53,347 nucleotides of DNA from Nemertoderma westbladi (Eukaryota > Animalia > Xenacoelomorpha): the NCBI GenBank assembly GCA_032718475.1, contig JAUCBJ010002816.1:1-53347 (forward strand), written 5' to 3'. This document shows, in pieces, positions 38,601 to 50,419 of this stretch. The notes below the pieces were generated by a model. It did no database searches. It saw only the letters and a list, made by a program, of their open reading frames with translations, and was not told where the DNA came from. Numbering within the stretch: position 1 is the stretch's first letter; the number at the start of each line of letters is the position of its first letter. A program made the translations under genes and the position numbers.

Positions 38601-39159
38601 TATGCAGTGCTACAGTATGTATGATCTGACAGAAGCACTACAGAATCTATAGAGCACCCAGCTTTACTTTTCTTCTTTTCGTGTTGTTTGGCGTTGTAGC
38701 AGTAGGAGTCCACTCTACATTTCCTCAGCCTCTTTGGGTAAGTCTTTCTTGACGACATCGCGGATGTGAAATGAAAATGCCTAAATGCAGTATAGTAGTA
38801 TCTGCAGTATGGTGATTCTGCATACAGCACACCATGCACGTAACACTACTTTAAATACCCCTCGTTGTTTTTGAAAGGCTTTCCTATGAATAATACTATT
38901 GGATTGGTTGTTAGGAGTGGATACTATGTAATGTCTATGGTAGATGGGAGTTAGGGCGTTATGAAAAAATATTGGCTGCCATTCGAACAGTGTAAATTGC
39001 GGAGTTAGGGCGTTATGCAAAGCTTAATATCTCGAGAATGGCTAATGCTATGGCTTTGAAAGTGCGATTTTCTGAAAGCACGTATGCGAATTACTTAGAA
39101 TCGTCGATTTTCTCAAAACATGATTTTGTGAGTTAGGGCCTTATGTTTTAATAGGGACG
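35639..39159 (-). mobile_element. Sola (Sola1-like) DNA transposon, 3.5 kb
   Basis: ~57-bp TIRs starting CGTCCCTATTAAAACATAAGGCCCTAACTC; 4-bp TSD AACT (35635-35638 and 39160-39163); subterminal GTTAGGGCGTT copies. Confidence 0.88.
36243..38758 (-). pseudogene. Sola-type DDD transposase with one frameshift at ~36920
   Basis: FDLQKVL..P....Y.RKL..YN, CDSCGGQNKN, PGHTYMPVDSIH; PKKDKC..C zinc motif. Confidence 0.88.
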
Positions 39160-40389
39160 AACTGTAGGCCTACAATTAGCTGTATTTATTGGGAAAGAAA
39201 AAATATTTAAACTGAAGTGTCGCATCGCACATTGTACAGTAATTCAGTCACGCGATCGATAGGCACTGGAGTTCGTTTTTACAAGATTTATGAAAAATCC
39301 AATAGTTACCTAGTTTCTATGTAAAATATATGTAGCTACTCTAGGGAAAGAAACATTGAATTGAAAGTTCTAATATAGTCAGATTTTTTGGAGCATGGGA
39401 TTTTTGACAATATAGGCCTACTCAAAGGTAAATGTACTGTACTTCCAAAAATTTTGGTAGTTTTGTAACTTTTGTCACAATTATACATTTTTATGTTACT
39501 AAGCTACACCAATAATTGCTTCATTAAATATATTATCCACTTTAATAACTTACAGTATAAGTTGTTTAATAATGAGCAAACTTAATTTAATTTAAATTAA
39601 ATTAATCTACATTTTTGTATTGGATTATTAGTAATTAGATTACAGTCCATATTATTATTGTATGCAATATTTTTATACTCTTTAGGGCATATAATTTTCT
39701 ACACAAATAGCCCTACTGTAAATAGTCAGCCTAATACTGAATTTACCTTTGTTGCCAAGATACTGTATTGATTTTGTACTTTCTGCTCCTTGAAGTTTTC
39801 CTTCTGCTGTAGGTTTTAGCGCATTTTGAAATACAGTTTAATATGCATTTGTAAAACATTTATTCACAGCAGCTGCAATGTATAGTAGGCCTACAGGCGT
39901 AATGTACAGTAGATATACAGTACTGCACAACATGGTTCTTCACCGCGAGCATTATATATTTTCTCGGCCAATTACGAAATACACAATAGGCCTACTACAG
40001 TAGAACACAAGACTCAATCAGATTGTCCTGTCCCAGACGGAATCAAGGTTTCATTTGTAGTAATTCGAGCTACACTGGGAATTGCATCGGGGAATCAAGG
40101 TCTAAATGGCCAAGTTGTTTTGGGTTGTTGTTTAGCGTTGTTGTTGTGTAATAACCTCTATTATCCAGTATTGGAGTTATCAATTATCATTATTTCCAAA
40201 TGATGACAGCTAATCTAATTCGCCCCGCAACTACAGTAAAGTGATTCTCAGGTGGCAAAGTTCGGAAATGACACTAGAGTGTGATTTCCCTATTTTTTTA
40301 GCTATAATTTCCATAGCTATAATTTCCATAGCTATAATTTCAATTTAATGATGAAGATTGATCATCAGGATGGCGCATGAAATGAGGAT

Positions 40390-40715
40390 GATGGTTACCA
40401 GAAATAATATATCCTATAATATATTCCTATATCACCAGCCTGGGGTGGGTAAGGTTGAAACATTTCACGAGGACGATTCATCTCACCTGGGTAACGTCCA
40501 TCACCTGGTTGATTCATGTCACCAGGATGATACATAACACCGGGACGATGAATCGGTATGTTATTTAGAAGATCTGTGAAACTGGGATGGTATACATTTC
40601 TAGAATTACTTATATCTCCCGGATGAAGCGGATTTTCACTAAGTAAATGCGGATAAAAGGCCTATACAGACAGTCCCGTAGTACTTGCTGACTGTTCTGG
40701 AGAGGGCGTGCCACA
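40390..40715 (-). pseudogene. Decayed exon-like segment with hexapeptide repeats (HPGDMN, QPGDGR, YPGEMN)
   Basis: Long protein-like frame broken by a TAG, then frameshifts and stops; 18-nt periodicity at ~40470-40555. Confidence 0.4.
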
Positions 40716-41163
40716 TACCTTACAATTCATTTTGGAAAAGTCATATTAAATTTTGGTTCTAGAATATATTTTATGAATACAAATTAGGCATTAAAACAAT
40801 GTTTTGGATAAATTATATATTTGCATTAACATATGTAAATAAATATATTTTGGTGTAAATATAAATAATTTAGGAATTAGAAGTATGTAATTAGGGACAA
40901 AAATAATATATTTAGAAGGTACATTTTATATATTAGGTACCAATACAGTTAAAAAGGTGTAAAAATTAATAAATAATAAATATATCTGTGGAAAAAGTAT
41001 GTATTCTGGAATGAAATAATTCCGGCCATCTAAACCTCTGCATTTGTACAATAGGCCTACACAATAAATGTTCACACAATAAATGCCTGTAATATTATTC
41101 AACAATAGGCTTGTTTTGTTAATTATTTTTTAAATTATTTAGTCCCTAGAAAAATTAATAAGG

Positions 41164-42186
41164 ATGTCAAATCAAGAGGTAATCTCGAAAGTCAGGTTCA
41201 TAGCGCAGGTATTTGAAAACAATTCGTGTTTGGTTGCCTTCTCTCAATTGAAATTAGCCGATGCGTTTCCTAGAACATCCACATCTAGCTACCAGCAGAT
41301 AGCTACAACCGCAGGGCTAAACCAAAGTAATTGCTACCGTTTGTTGCGCGCAATGACTATAACAGATATTGTCTACCAAACCCCAAACAATCCTGACGAG
41401 TTTGGCTTAACTGAGTTGGGTCTGTCTTTCCGCAGTGACAGTCCAATGCATGTCAGCGACTTGATTAGTTATATCGGTTCTCGACAAGTGGATGAGGCAT
41501 GGCGCACACTCCCTCAACTAATCCGCAATGGTGGCTCCAATGGATGGGCCATCGCCCATGGTGAATCTGTTTTCGAAACATTTTCGAAAGATGCCAATCT
41601 CGCCAGAGCATTTAATGGAAGTATGGGATTTCTTACCAATTACGCCCTCGATGATATTTTGGAAATAGCCAAAAATCAGAATCTATTCGCAAAGTTTGAC
41701 AAGATAGTGGATGTTGGAGGTGGTCATGGAATGCTAATGCGTAAAATTAAACCATTTACTAAGGAGACTTCAAGAATGATCATTCAAGAATTGGATCATG
41801 TCGTTGACTCTTCTGATGCTCTCGAAGGTATAGAATTCGTGGCAATGGATATGTTTAAGGAGGTTGTTTCTGGTGGTGATTGTTACATTTTAAAATTAAT
41901 GATGCATAATTGGGGTGATTATGATTGTATTGTTATATTGAATAACATCAGCGCTGTGTGTCTTCCTAATGCTTCTGTTTTCATTATTGACGAAGTTCTA
42001 CCGCACTCTGGATCACATAAATATCGGTTATCGTTGGATTTGGAAATGTTATGCATATCACCTTCTGGAAGGGAAAGAACTCGAAGTGAGTTCGAAAAAC
42101 TCATTCAAAACACGGATCTTCAACTCATCAACATTTACCCAACAGAATCAACAGAACTTTCTATCATTGAGACCCGGAAGAAATAG
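41164..42186 (+). CDS. Class II SAM-dependent O-methyltransferase (Methyltransf_2; ASMT/COMT-like), 340 aa, intronless CDS
   Basis: N-terminal dimerisation region (YRLLRAM, FGLTELG), IVDVGGGHG, DMF, GDCYILKLMMHNWGD, GRERTRSEF; intact ATG to TAG. Confidence 0.93.
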   Translation: MSNQEVISKVRFIAQVFENNSCLVAFSQLKLADAFPRTSTSSYQQIATTAGLNQSNCYRLLRAMTITDIVYQTPNNPDEFGLTELGLSFRSDSPMHVSDLISYIGSRQVDEAWRTLPQLIRNGGSNGWAIAHGESVFETFSKDANLARAFNGSMGFLTNYALDDILEIAKNQNLFAKFDKIVDVGGGHGMLMRKIKPFTKETSRMIIQELDHVVDSSDALEGIEFVAMDMFKEVVSGGDCYILKLMMHNWGDYDCIVILNNISAVCLPNASVFIIDEVLPHSGSHKYRLSLDLEMLCISPSGRERTRSEFEKLIQNTDLQLINIYPTESTELSIIETRKK

Positions 42187-42682
42187 ACATTGTCATACAG
42201 AAATATCTCAATGAATAACAACTTGCATCATTTAGGAGGGTTATGATCCGGGCGTATTTATGTACCGTGCGTGCGCAGTGAGGGAGCTTTACGTAAATAT
42301 AAACACCCTAACAGATCAGTAATGCCCTTTTCACACAATGGTTTAGGTAATTTGTTAGAATATGTAAACTTATCGGTGTTCTGATTGCTTAATTATTAGC
42401 TTTAATATTATAATGTTTAGGAATATTAATACAATTAAAACCCCTGTTTATGCAATTAAATAGTTACAGTACTGTACTACTGTATAACAACCAACAGTAC
42501 AGTTACTGTACAGTTAAATTTTACATGCCTATGTCTTACAATGCCTACTATGGCTATCATAAATGGAATATACCAGAGGTGTACTTAAAAATAACAGGTC
42601 ATGCATCGAGCGGATTGCTGCTGAAATTAGCTTGGGAAATCTTTTCCTACAGTATTTATGCATTGTTTCCTAATATTTCCTT

Positions 42683-42760
42683 GGGGCCGTGCACAAATTA
42701 TGTCGCGGTCGAAGGGGGGTGGGGGGGGGGGGGGGGGGTGGGGTTGTTGCAATTTTATGA
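42683..42760 (+). mobile_element. PIF/Harbinger-like MITE left end
   Basis: GGGGCCGTGCACAAAT; inverted counterpart at 45308-45324. Confidence 0.5.
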
Positions 42761-42779
42761 CATGGGGGAGAGTGGGGAG

Positions 42780-43116
42780 TAGCTTGCTGTGACCTCACAA
42801 TAGCACTTTGGTGAACAAATAAAATACACGTTCGTGGGGCGTCGCGCAGCACGCGAACTTGAGCAAGTTCGAAACAAGTTAGATTTGATCTGGAGTCAAA
42901 AGTTCGAGAGGTATTTGCCCGTAACTTTAAAAAATATTGGAACTTTTTCTCTAGTATGCCCACAAATTTGGTTGAAAATGGTTAAAATCTTCAAAAGTTA
43001 TTTACGAATGAATTTTTAATTACAGACGGACAGACAGACGGACATGAAATTTTGCCCTATTTATCTAATTATAATTGTACGCTAAGGCTCGCCCTGACTG
43101 CGTGGCTCGCCCCACA
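42780..43116 (-). mobile_element. Copy of the Helentron/DINE-like dispersed repeat
   Basis: Shares motifs with 25741 and 28654; (GACA/GACG)n tract at ~43023-43044. Confidence 0.4.
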
Positions 43117-43916
43117 TTTACAAATACAAAACTTATTACAATAAAATATATTATTATTTGCTTCATTTGCTATAGATTTGGGTCATCCTATGTTCTGTTT
43201 AAATTACTTAATAATTTATACAATGTCATGGATGTTAAAAAAATATAAACAATACAATGTATTATTTCAATAATAATAGTACTGTATTTATTCGAACGAG
43301 CACCATGCCATAGATTAATAAATATTTCATTTACCGAAAACTATTAACATGTACAGTACAGTATATTACAGAGGTATGGTGGATCATGGAGGCCATCAAT
43401 AAAATTTATTGATATCACCTTTATATAACAAAATTAATATATTAAATATTATTTTTTTACACTAGGCCTACAACTGTCTGACTGCTGTATGTATCGGTAC
43501 GTGGTAAAGACTCAGGTTGCTGGATTGTTAGTAGGCTGCTACAGTTTTAGAAGTTGTTTCACTATTAGAGCTACCGGCACGCTCACCGACTTACTGCAAC
43601 TGTAGCCTACTACAGTCTCCATTTAAATCGGAGTCTGACGATGTGTATTGAACAACGCACTGTCAGACTCAGTTGAACGTGTTTACCGAGTCTGTAAGTT
43701 GTATTTTGCCTCCAAAACTCCACTTAGAAAAAGCATCATAAAGCTTTACACATTGGAATAAAATTCACAACACCAACACCAACTCATCAACAGCTAAAGT
43801 GAAATTTATTCCAGCAATCGCAAATCGAGGTGATGAAGTGTTAAAACTAAGTGGCAATAAAGATGAAGAACACCACATTGACTGGGTACAGTAGACAAGG
43901 ACGAGGTAGAGTAGAC

Positions 43917-44957
43917 CAAGGTGTACTAAATATAAGAGGTCATGCAGCGAGCGGATTGCTGAAATTAGCATGGGCCGAACCTTCCCTATTTATCGCACTA
44001 TTTTCATAATGTGCTACTTTGGTTAGGTGGATATGATGACTAGGATTCATAGCAATCAATGTAATAAAATATCTTTCTGGAATTTTTATCTTGTAGTTGC
44101 CAAGGTAACCGGGTTCAAAGTTGAAATTTCGAAGGCCTGTAATAATACAAGACAGCGATAGATTCTGTTCTTGAGATTTGGTATACTGTAGGAGTAAAGG
44201 GAATAAAAGTCTATTAAAATATTTAACATTTAAATTTTTTCTCAATCCAGTTTCCATGGTGACGGGAATTACGATAATTTCCCATTATGACCGCCAGATA
44301 AAAATTGGGCTACTATTTACTACTTATATAATTTTCAACAAACATTCCTGTTGACTGTCCTTTATTTCTAATAATTGCTAACCAAAATTTAATATTCTGG
44401 AATGTCAAAATCATGCTATCACAGATCTTGCTCTCTGATTGGACAGTTTAGTTTAATGGCAAATATTGACTTTAATAAATATGGTTCACAATTGACGAAT
44501 TATAAAATAAAATGTTGGCACTTTTAACTTATTATTTAGACTGACAAACCGAATAAAAATGGTGTTTTATAGAATTGGTAGACAATTTTTCATTATAGGC
44601 CCCTACTTATTTCCATGGCAACGGGAATGTAAACAAATTCAAATGTAAAATATTTTGATCACCTACAAAATCTCAAGAACAGAATCCATTGCCGCCTTGA
44701 AATACAGGCATACAAAGTTTGAAATTTGCACCCGGTTCCCTTGGAAACTATACAAGATAAAAATTCCAGAAATTATAAGCCTACATTTTATTACATTCCT
44801 ATGACAAACCCTAGTCATCATATCCACCTAACAAAAGTAGCATAAAAGAAGTTTCTAAGGAAATATTATGAAAAAAGTGCCATAAATAGGGAAAAGATCG
44901 GCCCACGCTAATTTCAGCAATCCGCTCGCTGCATGACCTTTTATTTAGTACACCTTG
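43917..44957. mobile_element. MITE with long (~260 bp) imperfect TIRs and P-element-like ends
   Basis: CAAGGTGTACTAAATA...TATTTAGTACACCTTG; imperfect TSD AGTAGAC / AGTTAGAC; related TIR remnant at ~42573-42640. Confidence 0.75.
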
Positions 44958-45194
44958 AGTTAGACCCAGGAAGTTGCACAATAGTCGATCGTATACCTGG
45001 TGCACTTCCGGTGATCGATGTCGAAACTCAGATGTCGTCATTCCCATCCCACGGGAGTGAATACTGTATGTGGGGTGTCTTCATTGTTTAGTCATTGTGT
45101 ACAGCTGAATTAATTAAGTATTAACATTTAGTATTAACAACATAATATTTTCAAATTAAATTTTTTTTATTAACTACAGTATAATAGGCCTACG

Positions 45195-45324
45195 GGGTGT
45201 TTTTGTGACGTGACGTTCAAGGGGGTAGAGCGGTTACAAAATTAGTGACAGATTGTGACAGAGAGGGGGGGAGGGGGTAGAAAATCATCAAAAAAAAGCG
45301 TGACATCATTTGTGCACGGGCCCC
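45195..45324 (+). mobile_element. PIF/Harbinger-like MITE right end
   Basis: ...TGACATCATTTGTGCACGGGCCCC followed by TTA. Confidence 0.5.
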
Positions 45325-47176
45325 TTATATGCTTCTTATATTGAAGAGTCAAATGGTAGATTCGAGTGCTGTTTTGTGGTGAAAAAAAATTCAATGGTGA
45401 AAACCGTCCGAAGTCACCACATGAAAGCCATTCTATCAAACTACAATAATTAAACTGATAAAATATTTTTGACACTTATAAATTTTCGATAATTTCACTT
45501 CCTTTGGGGTTGGGGGTAATGGTCCACCCCCTTAAGGTAAGGGGGGGGGGGGGGGGGGGGGGGGGTGGGTACACCATTTTGGTACAAAATCTGTCGAAAT
45601 TATTTTTATGATCTAATATGTATAATGCACGATTAAATGGTGTTTCCAAATCTGAAAACCGCTATTTAATAGCTCTTTTAGTTTTCAAGTTATAACAATT
45701 TCCATTTAGGGAATCCTATTGAAATTACTATTACAGTACTATGTATAATGAAAGTTCTATCATCTTCAAATATTTGTTTTTGAAATTGTCAACTTCAAAA
45801 CCCTACTACTTTTACAATTTTTGAGCAATTAGTCTGAAAATTTCTGAGGGTGTCTACATAGCCACCCTGCAAAAAAGTATCAGTCAACTTTTCGAAACTT
45901 TTTGTTAATAAAATTTAATACTTAACAAACCTAAAAAAATCACATAAAATTGCAGCGCCACCTAGCGGTGCAGAATTATTTTCACCACATTTCGCCCGAT
46001 ATACTGTAGTTATGTTATTTCCCCATCTTTGGTCTATCATATAAAAAACTTTCATGTGATTAGATTCAAAACTGTAAAAGCCCTTACGGTTTTAAGCGCA
46101 ACCAAGTTTATTTTCTTGTTAACTATTATTAAAGACCTGTCATGTACAGTAGAATAGCATCTTATTAGGGACCTTTATTCAAAATTGTAGCCAAAAACCA
46201 AACAATTTTTAAAAGCTGAGAGTGATAAATCGAAGAGTTTTCCGAAAATGGTGTATAGATAGCCCCATAGATCTCGAAAGTCGACTTTCAGCAAATAAAA
46301 TATATATAAAAAATGCCCCTTCAGCACTACCGTAGAACACATCGCTTAAATTTAATATTAAAGAAAAAATACCATAATTTAATTTCATATAAATTTATAT
46401 TACGGTATATATTAAAATTTCACTAATCTACCGTAGTTATCTAGTTGATGATATTGGTTCTAGTGAATGTTAGTGTCAGTATAAAGACGGTACTCGCAGC
46501 GAGAATGAGATCTCGCAGTGAGAAAAAATCTCGCAGCGAGAAAAAATCTCGTAGCGAGAGATCCCGGTCTCCTGTAAATTTTAAGGATTTGATAGTAAAT
46601 TAAGTATGTGAGCAATAGAGAGTGACATTGTTGTTTTTCAATAAAATAAGGTTTATAACTACTGTATTTACATAGCTACTTGTGTGTAAAGTAGCACTTT
46701 ACAGTGTGATGATCCGAGTGGCTTTGTTACACGAACGAACGTTAGTGAGTGAGTGAAAATAAAGCCACGAGGATCAGAACACTGAAAGTACTTTTCAACA
46801 AGTATGTATGTTGTTTTATTCCAAAATTTTAACATTACGAATAAATGATTGTACATATACATTATAAGTGATAGAAACTGCACAAATTATATTAGTTGCT
46901 GTATACATAAATGTAACTACTACTACTAGGTCGGGCGAACGCGGACATTGCGTCAATGCGAAAATGACATAAATTATGTTACAAATAAGTTACAGCAGCT
47001 TATATTTATTGTGGCGTTTGGAGCCATGTTATAATAATATCGCTAGGCCCTACTGGTTATTAATAGCTATACCCAGCTTACCGGTAGGTAATGCAATAGG
47101 CCTAAGGCCTATCTGGGTGTCAGGCAAATTTATACCTATTGTTTACGTGGTAACCATGACGGCGTTAAGTAATGTC

Positions 47177-47604
47177 AGCCCTCCCAGCCAAAAAAATCAA
47201 GAAAAAAAAAGGAAAAAAGGATTTAATATTTTCAAAAAAAAAGGAAAAAAAGGATCGGATGCAGTTCAAAAAAACATTGTTATTAGTTTACTACCAAGCC
47301 AAGGACAACTATACTGATAGTATATAGTAAGTACTGAAATCGTCATATATGGAACTACAGTCAGACAGTGGTACAGTACCGGTAATTGATTAAATTGCAC
47401 GACCAGTCCATCTGTCTCCCGCTGCCTTGTACTGAATAGATGTTACAACTTACAGCAGGCTATTTTCTGAACTAAAAAAAGGAAAAAAGGTGTGAAAATG
47501 GACAAAATAAAAGGAAAAAAGGGAAAATTCTAAAAAAAAGGAAAAAAAGGAAACGTTCTAGAAAAAAGGAAAAAAAAAGGAAAAAAGGAAACTCTGGGAG
47601 GCCT
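47177..47604. mobile_element. MITE with 8-bp TSD (hAT- or Merlin-like)
   Basis: TSD GTAATGTC (47169-47176 and 47605-47612); TIR AG(C/G)CCTCCCAG; AAAAAAGG subterminal arrays. Confidence 0.75.
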
Positions 47605-47838
47605 GTAATGTCCACTAGGGGGACATTACGTTATGGTTACCACATAAACAATAACACCAAATACTGTACAATACTAAATGTAGGCCAATACAATGCTGTA
47701 ATGTCCTCTAAAGTTGTAAAGTGCTAAATAACAAATAACTGTTAATACTAACGGCGTTGAGTAATGTTACAATTTTGGAATACTATCAATTTACATAAAA
47801 GTTTGCAAGCAATAAACAAATTCTAAATTGGTTTTCAG

Positions 47839-48705
47839 TCAGTTTTTGATTGCGTGTATAGCGTAATTAATGCTGGTATCCGCAATCCAACTCCATTTAT
47901 TAGTGAACGGATTGTAAAGCATACCCTGGAGTTTAGCTACAGACAATCCGGTAGATTGTAGGAGAGAACGTAACTCACGGGGGGTAATAAACTTACTCCA
48001 GTCATGTGTACCTCGAGGCACCACGTGGAACAGCTGTTCTGCAGCAACCACGCCGAGCAACCACGATAAACAATTCCTATTGATCGTAGTCACGAATAGC
48101 GAACCTCCTGGTTTAATGATACGACAGCAAGAAGCGAGGAGTTCCGGTACGTCATCGACGTGCTCAACAACTTCACTGACGACGACAGCATCGAAAGATT
48201 CATCGCTTTGGAATTCGGCTAGTTCCGCGGGTACGTACCGGATGGATGGCTGTTGGATGGCGGACGCCTCGAAGTGGCGTTGCGCTACTCGAATTGCCGC
48301 AACGGAGGAGTCTATACCGGTGACTATAGCACCCAATCTCGCTAATGGTTCGCTCAGCAGACCTCCCCCGCAACCTACGTCAAGTACAGACAGACCACTC
48401 AACGGTTGTCCCACTGACTCCCGTGTATGTGCGCGGCTCAGGGCGTCTCGAATAAACGCAACTCGAAGTTCGTTTAAACTCCGCAGCGCCACGAACTCTG
48501 AAGATTCGCTCCAGAAGAGAGGGGCGAGTGTATCGAAATGAGTTAGTTCTTCCCTCGTATCTCGCGAGTAGTACCGATGAGATAAGCAACTCATATGCAC
48601 GGCATTCAGTGTACCGGAGTATAGGTGTCTTCGTAAATGTAAAACATTACGTAGAGGAGTTCCCCTCGTCAATAAATTTGATAGAAACGATAGATTAAAA
48701 TTCAT
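47839..48705 (-). CDS. COQ3: Mitochondrial ubiquinone biosynthesis O-methyltransferase, 288 aa, intronless CDS
   Basis: L.SLNELRV.FI, VLDVGCGGGLLSEPLARLGA.VTGID, SEVVEHV, TINR, AAE...VPRGTHDWSKFITP, YNP; basic N-terminal targeting-like peptide; TTCAG acceptor just upstream of ATG. Confidence 0.96.
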   Translation of the reverse strand: MNFNLSFLSNLLTRGTPLRNVLHLRRHLYSGTLNAVHMSCLSHRYYSRDTREELTHFDTLAPLFWSESSEFVALRSLNELRVAFIRDALSRAHTRESVGQPLSGLSVLDVGCGGGLLSEPLARLGAIVTGIDSSVAAIRVAQRHFEASAIQQPSIRYVPAELAEFQSDESFDAVVVSEVVEHVDDVPELLASCCRIIKPGGSLFVTTINRNCLSWLLGVVAAEQLFHVVPRGTHDWSKFITPRELRSLLQSTGLSVAKLQGMLYNPFTNKWSWIADTSINYAIHAIKN

Positions 48706-48848
48706 TTTAACCCTGAAGTAACTCGACTTCGTATGACAAACAGAAACAATTCAGTCTTGTTTTAAATTCAGTAATATACGGTCGCACTGCAGTCTCACAG
48801 CAATAGGGTAATAATATCGTTGCGTTATTTACTATAAGAAAATTCAAA

Positions 48849-48860
48849 CTTCCCGCCAAT
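48849..48860 (+). promoter_or_regulatory. E2F-like motif TTCCCGCCAA upstream of COQ3
   Basis: Motif match only. Confidence 0.3.
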
Positions 48861-49699
48861 GATGATGCCATTTAACAAATTAATGGTGGCAAATTTAAAT
48901 CTTTGTCCTTCTTCAGGTTAACAAATAAAGCCAGTAAACTTTAACTCAAATCCTTATAAAAAAAACAGTGCTGTTCAACTAGTTGAAAGTTCAACTAGTT
49001 AAGTTGTCATTTGATGTTATTTAGTTAAAGTGGTTTTATTTACTGCGAATTTAGTTAGTTATTTATATTTAGTTATATAAAAAAAATAGTTGACTTTTAG
49101 TTTCAACTAAAATCTAACTAAATTCTGAAAGTTGAAAACAGGGAAAAAACCGAGACAGTGGACCTAACAAGTTAAAATTTAGTAATTCCCACCCACAGTA
49201 CAAAGCTGCAAAATCCTCTCACTATCCGCTGTAAAGTTAACAGTGTTGTAGTGCTAATCATATGAAAAGCTAATACTCAATACAGTAGTGTGTGAGGTGT
49301 TGCGAAATGGCAATAACAACCGTTGCTATGCTATGCTCACCTAAAATATTCAAAATTTTGGTATTTAGTTAATTAAGTTCTTACCGGTATTTTAACTCAA
49401 TCTGTAACTCATTTATTAGATAAACACTGTTTACAGTTATTATTATATGAACCAGATAATATATAATAATGACAAGAATGATTTTTATTCCAAAATTGTA
49501 ACATTAGCCTACCCAATGCCGTTAGTATTATAGTGGGGTCGCTTAAGGTGAAAATCGTTAATTACCGGACAAAAGTGTGTCACTACATATGTTACTACAT
49601 ATGTAATGTATGATATAAATGCATAATGTATTTGCATAAATGCAAATTAATGCATAATGTGTAGATTAATCTGAGCCTGTGTACCAAAAAAATTGACTA

Positions 49700-50380
49700 T
49701 TACTTCCCTAGCAACAGGGTGACTTTTTCATAGCAACCGGGTAAAATTGGTCGATTCTGTTATTGAAACTCGCCATATACAAAAATTACGATTATATAAC
49801 TGGGTTAGTTTATAATATAAGTCTGTACACGTTTCCATATCAACAAGGATACTTTACCTAACAACCGCTCTATAATTAATGAAATTATGATTGAAACTTG
49901 GGATAATCAACCTGACTTGCAATAGAAGATTGTTAGTAATGACATAGGCGCTGATACACGTTTCCATAGCAACATGGTGACCTTTCCCTAGCAACCGCTG
50001 TATAATTAATGAAATTATGATTGAAACCTGGGATAATCAACCTGACTAGCAATATAAGATTGTTACAGTAATGACTCAGAGGCTGATGCACGTTTCCATA
50101 GCAACAGGGTGACCTTTCCCTAGCAACCGCTGTATATTTAATGAAATCATGATTGAAACTTGGGATAATCAGCCTGTCTAGCAAAAGAAGATTGTTAGTA
50201 ATAACATTGGCGCTGATACACGTGTCCATAGCAACAAGATGACCTTTCCCTAGGAACTGCCTGAAATTTAGTGTAATTAAGATTGAAACTGGAGATAAAC
50301 AGCATTTATATGTAGCAATATAAGATGGTTAGTACAGTAGTTGTATTGGAGCTGTGACGCACGTTTCCATAGAAACAAAA
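49700..50380. repeat. ~130-bp diverged tandem repeat, 5-6 units
   Basis: Recurring CACGTTTCCATAGCAAC at ~49828, 49957, 50089, 50219 and 50360. Confidence 0.9.
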
Positions 50381-50419
50381 GGTGATACCCATATTTAAAA
50401 AATATTGGGTAGTTTTCGA

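Noticed and set aside
43700-45060. Coding-like sequence on both sides of the P-like MITE; similar segments at 28690-28910, 29740-30140 and 52050-52410
   Set aside because: Stops or frameshifts and no recognisable domain; cannot be assigned without a homology search
42683-45324. One 2.6-kb Harbinger element spanning both ends
   Set aside because: Flanks (CTT versus TTA) do not form a TSD; more likely two partial copies
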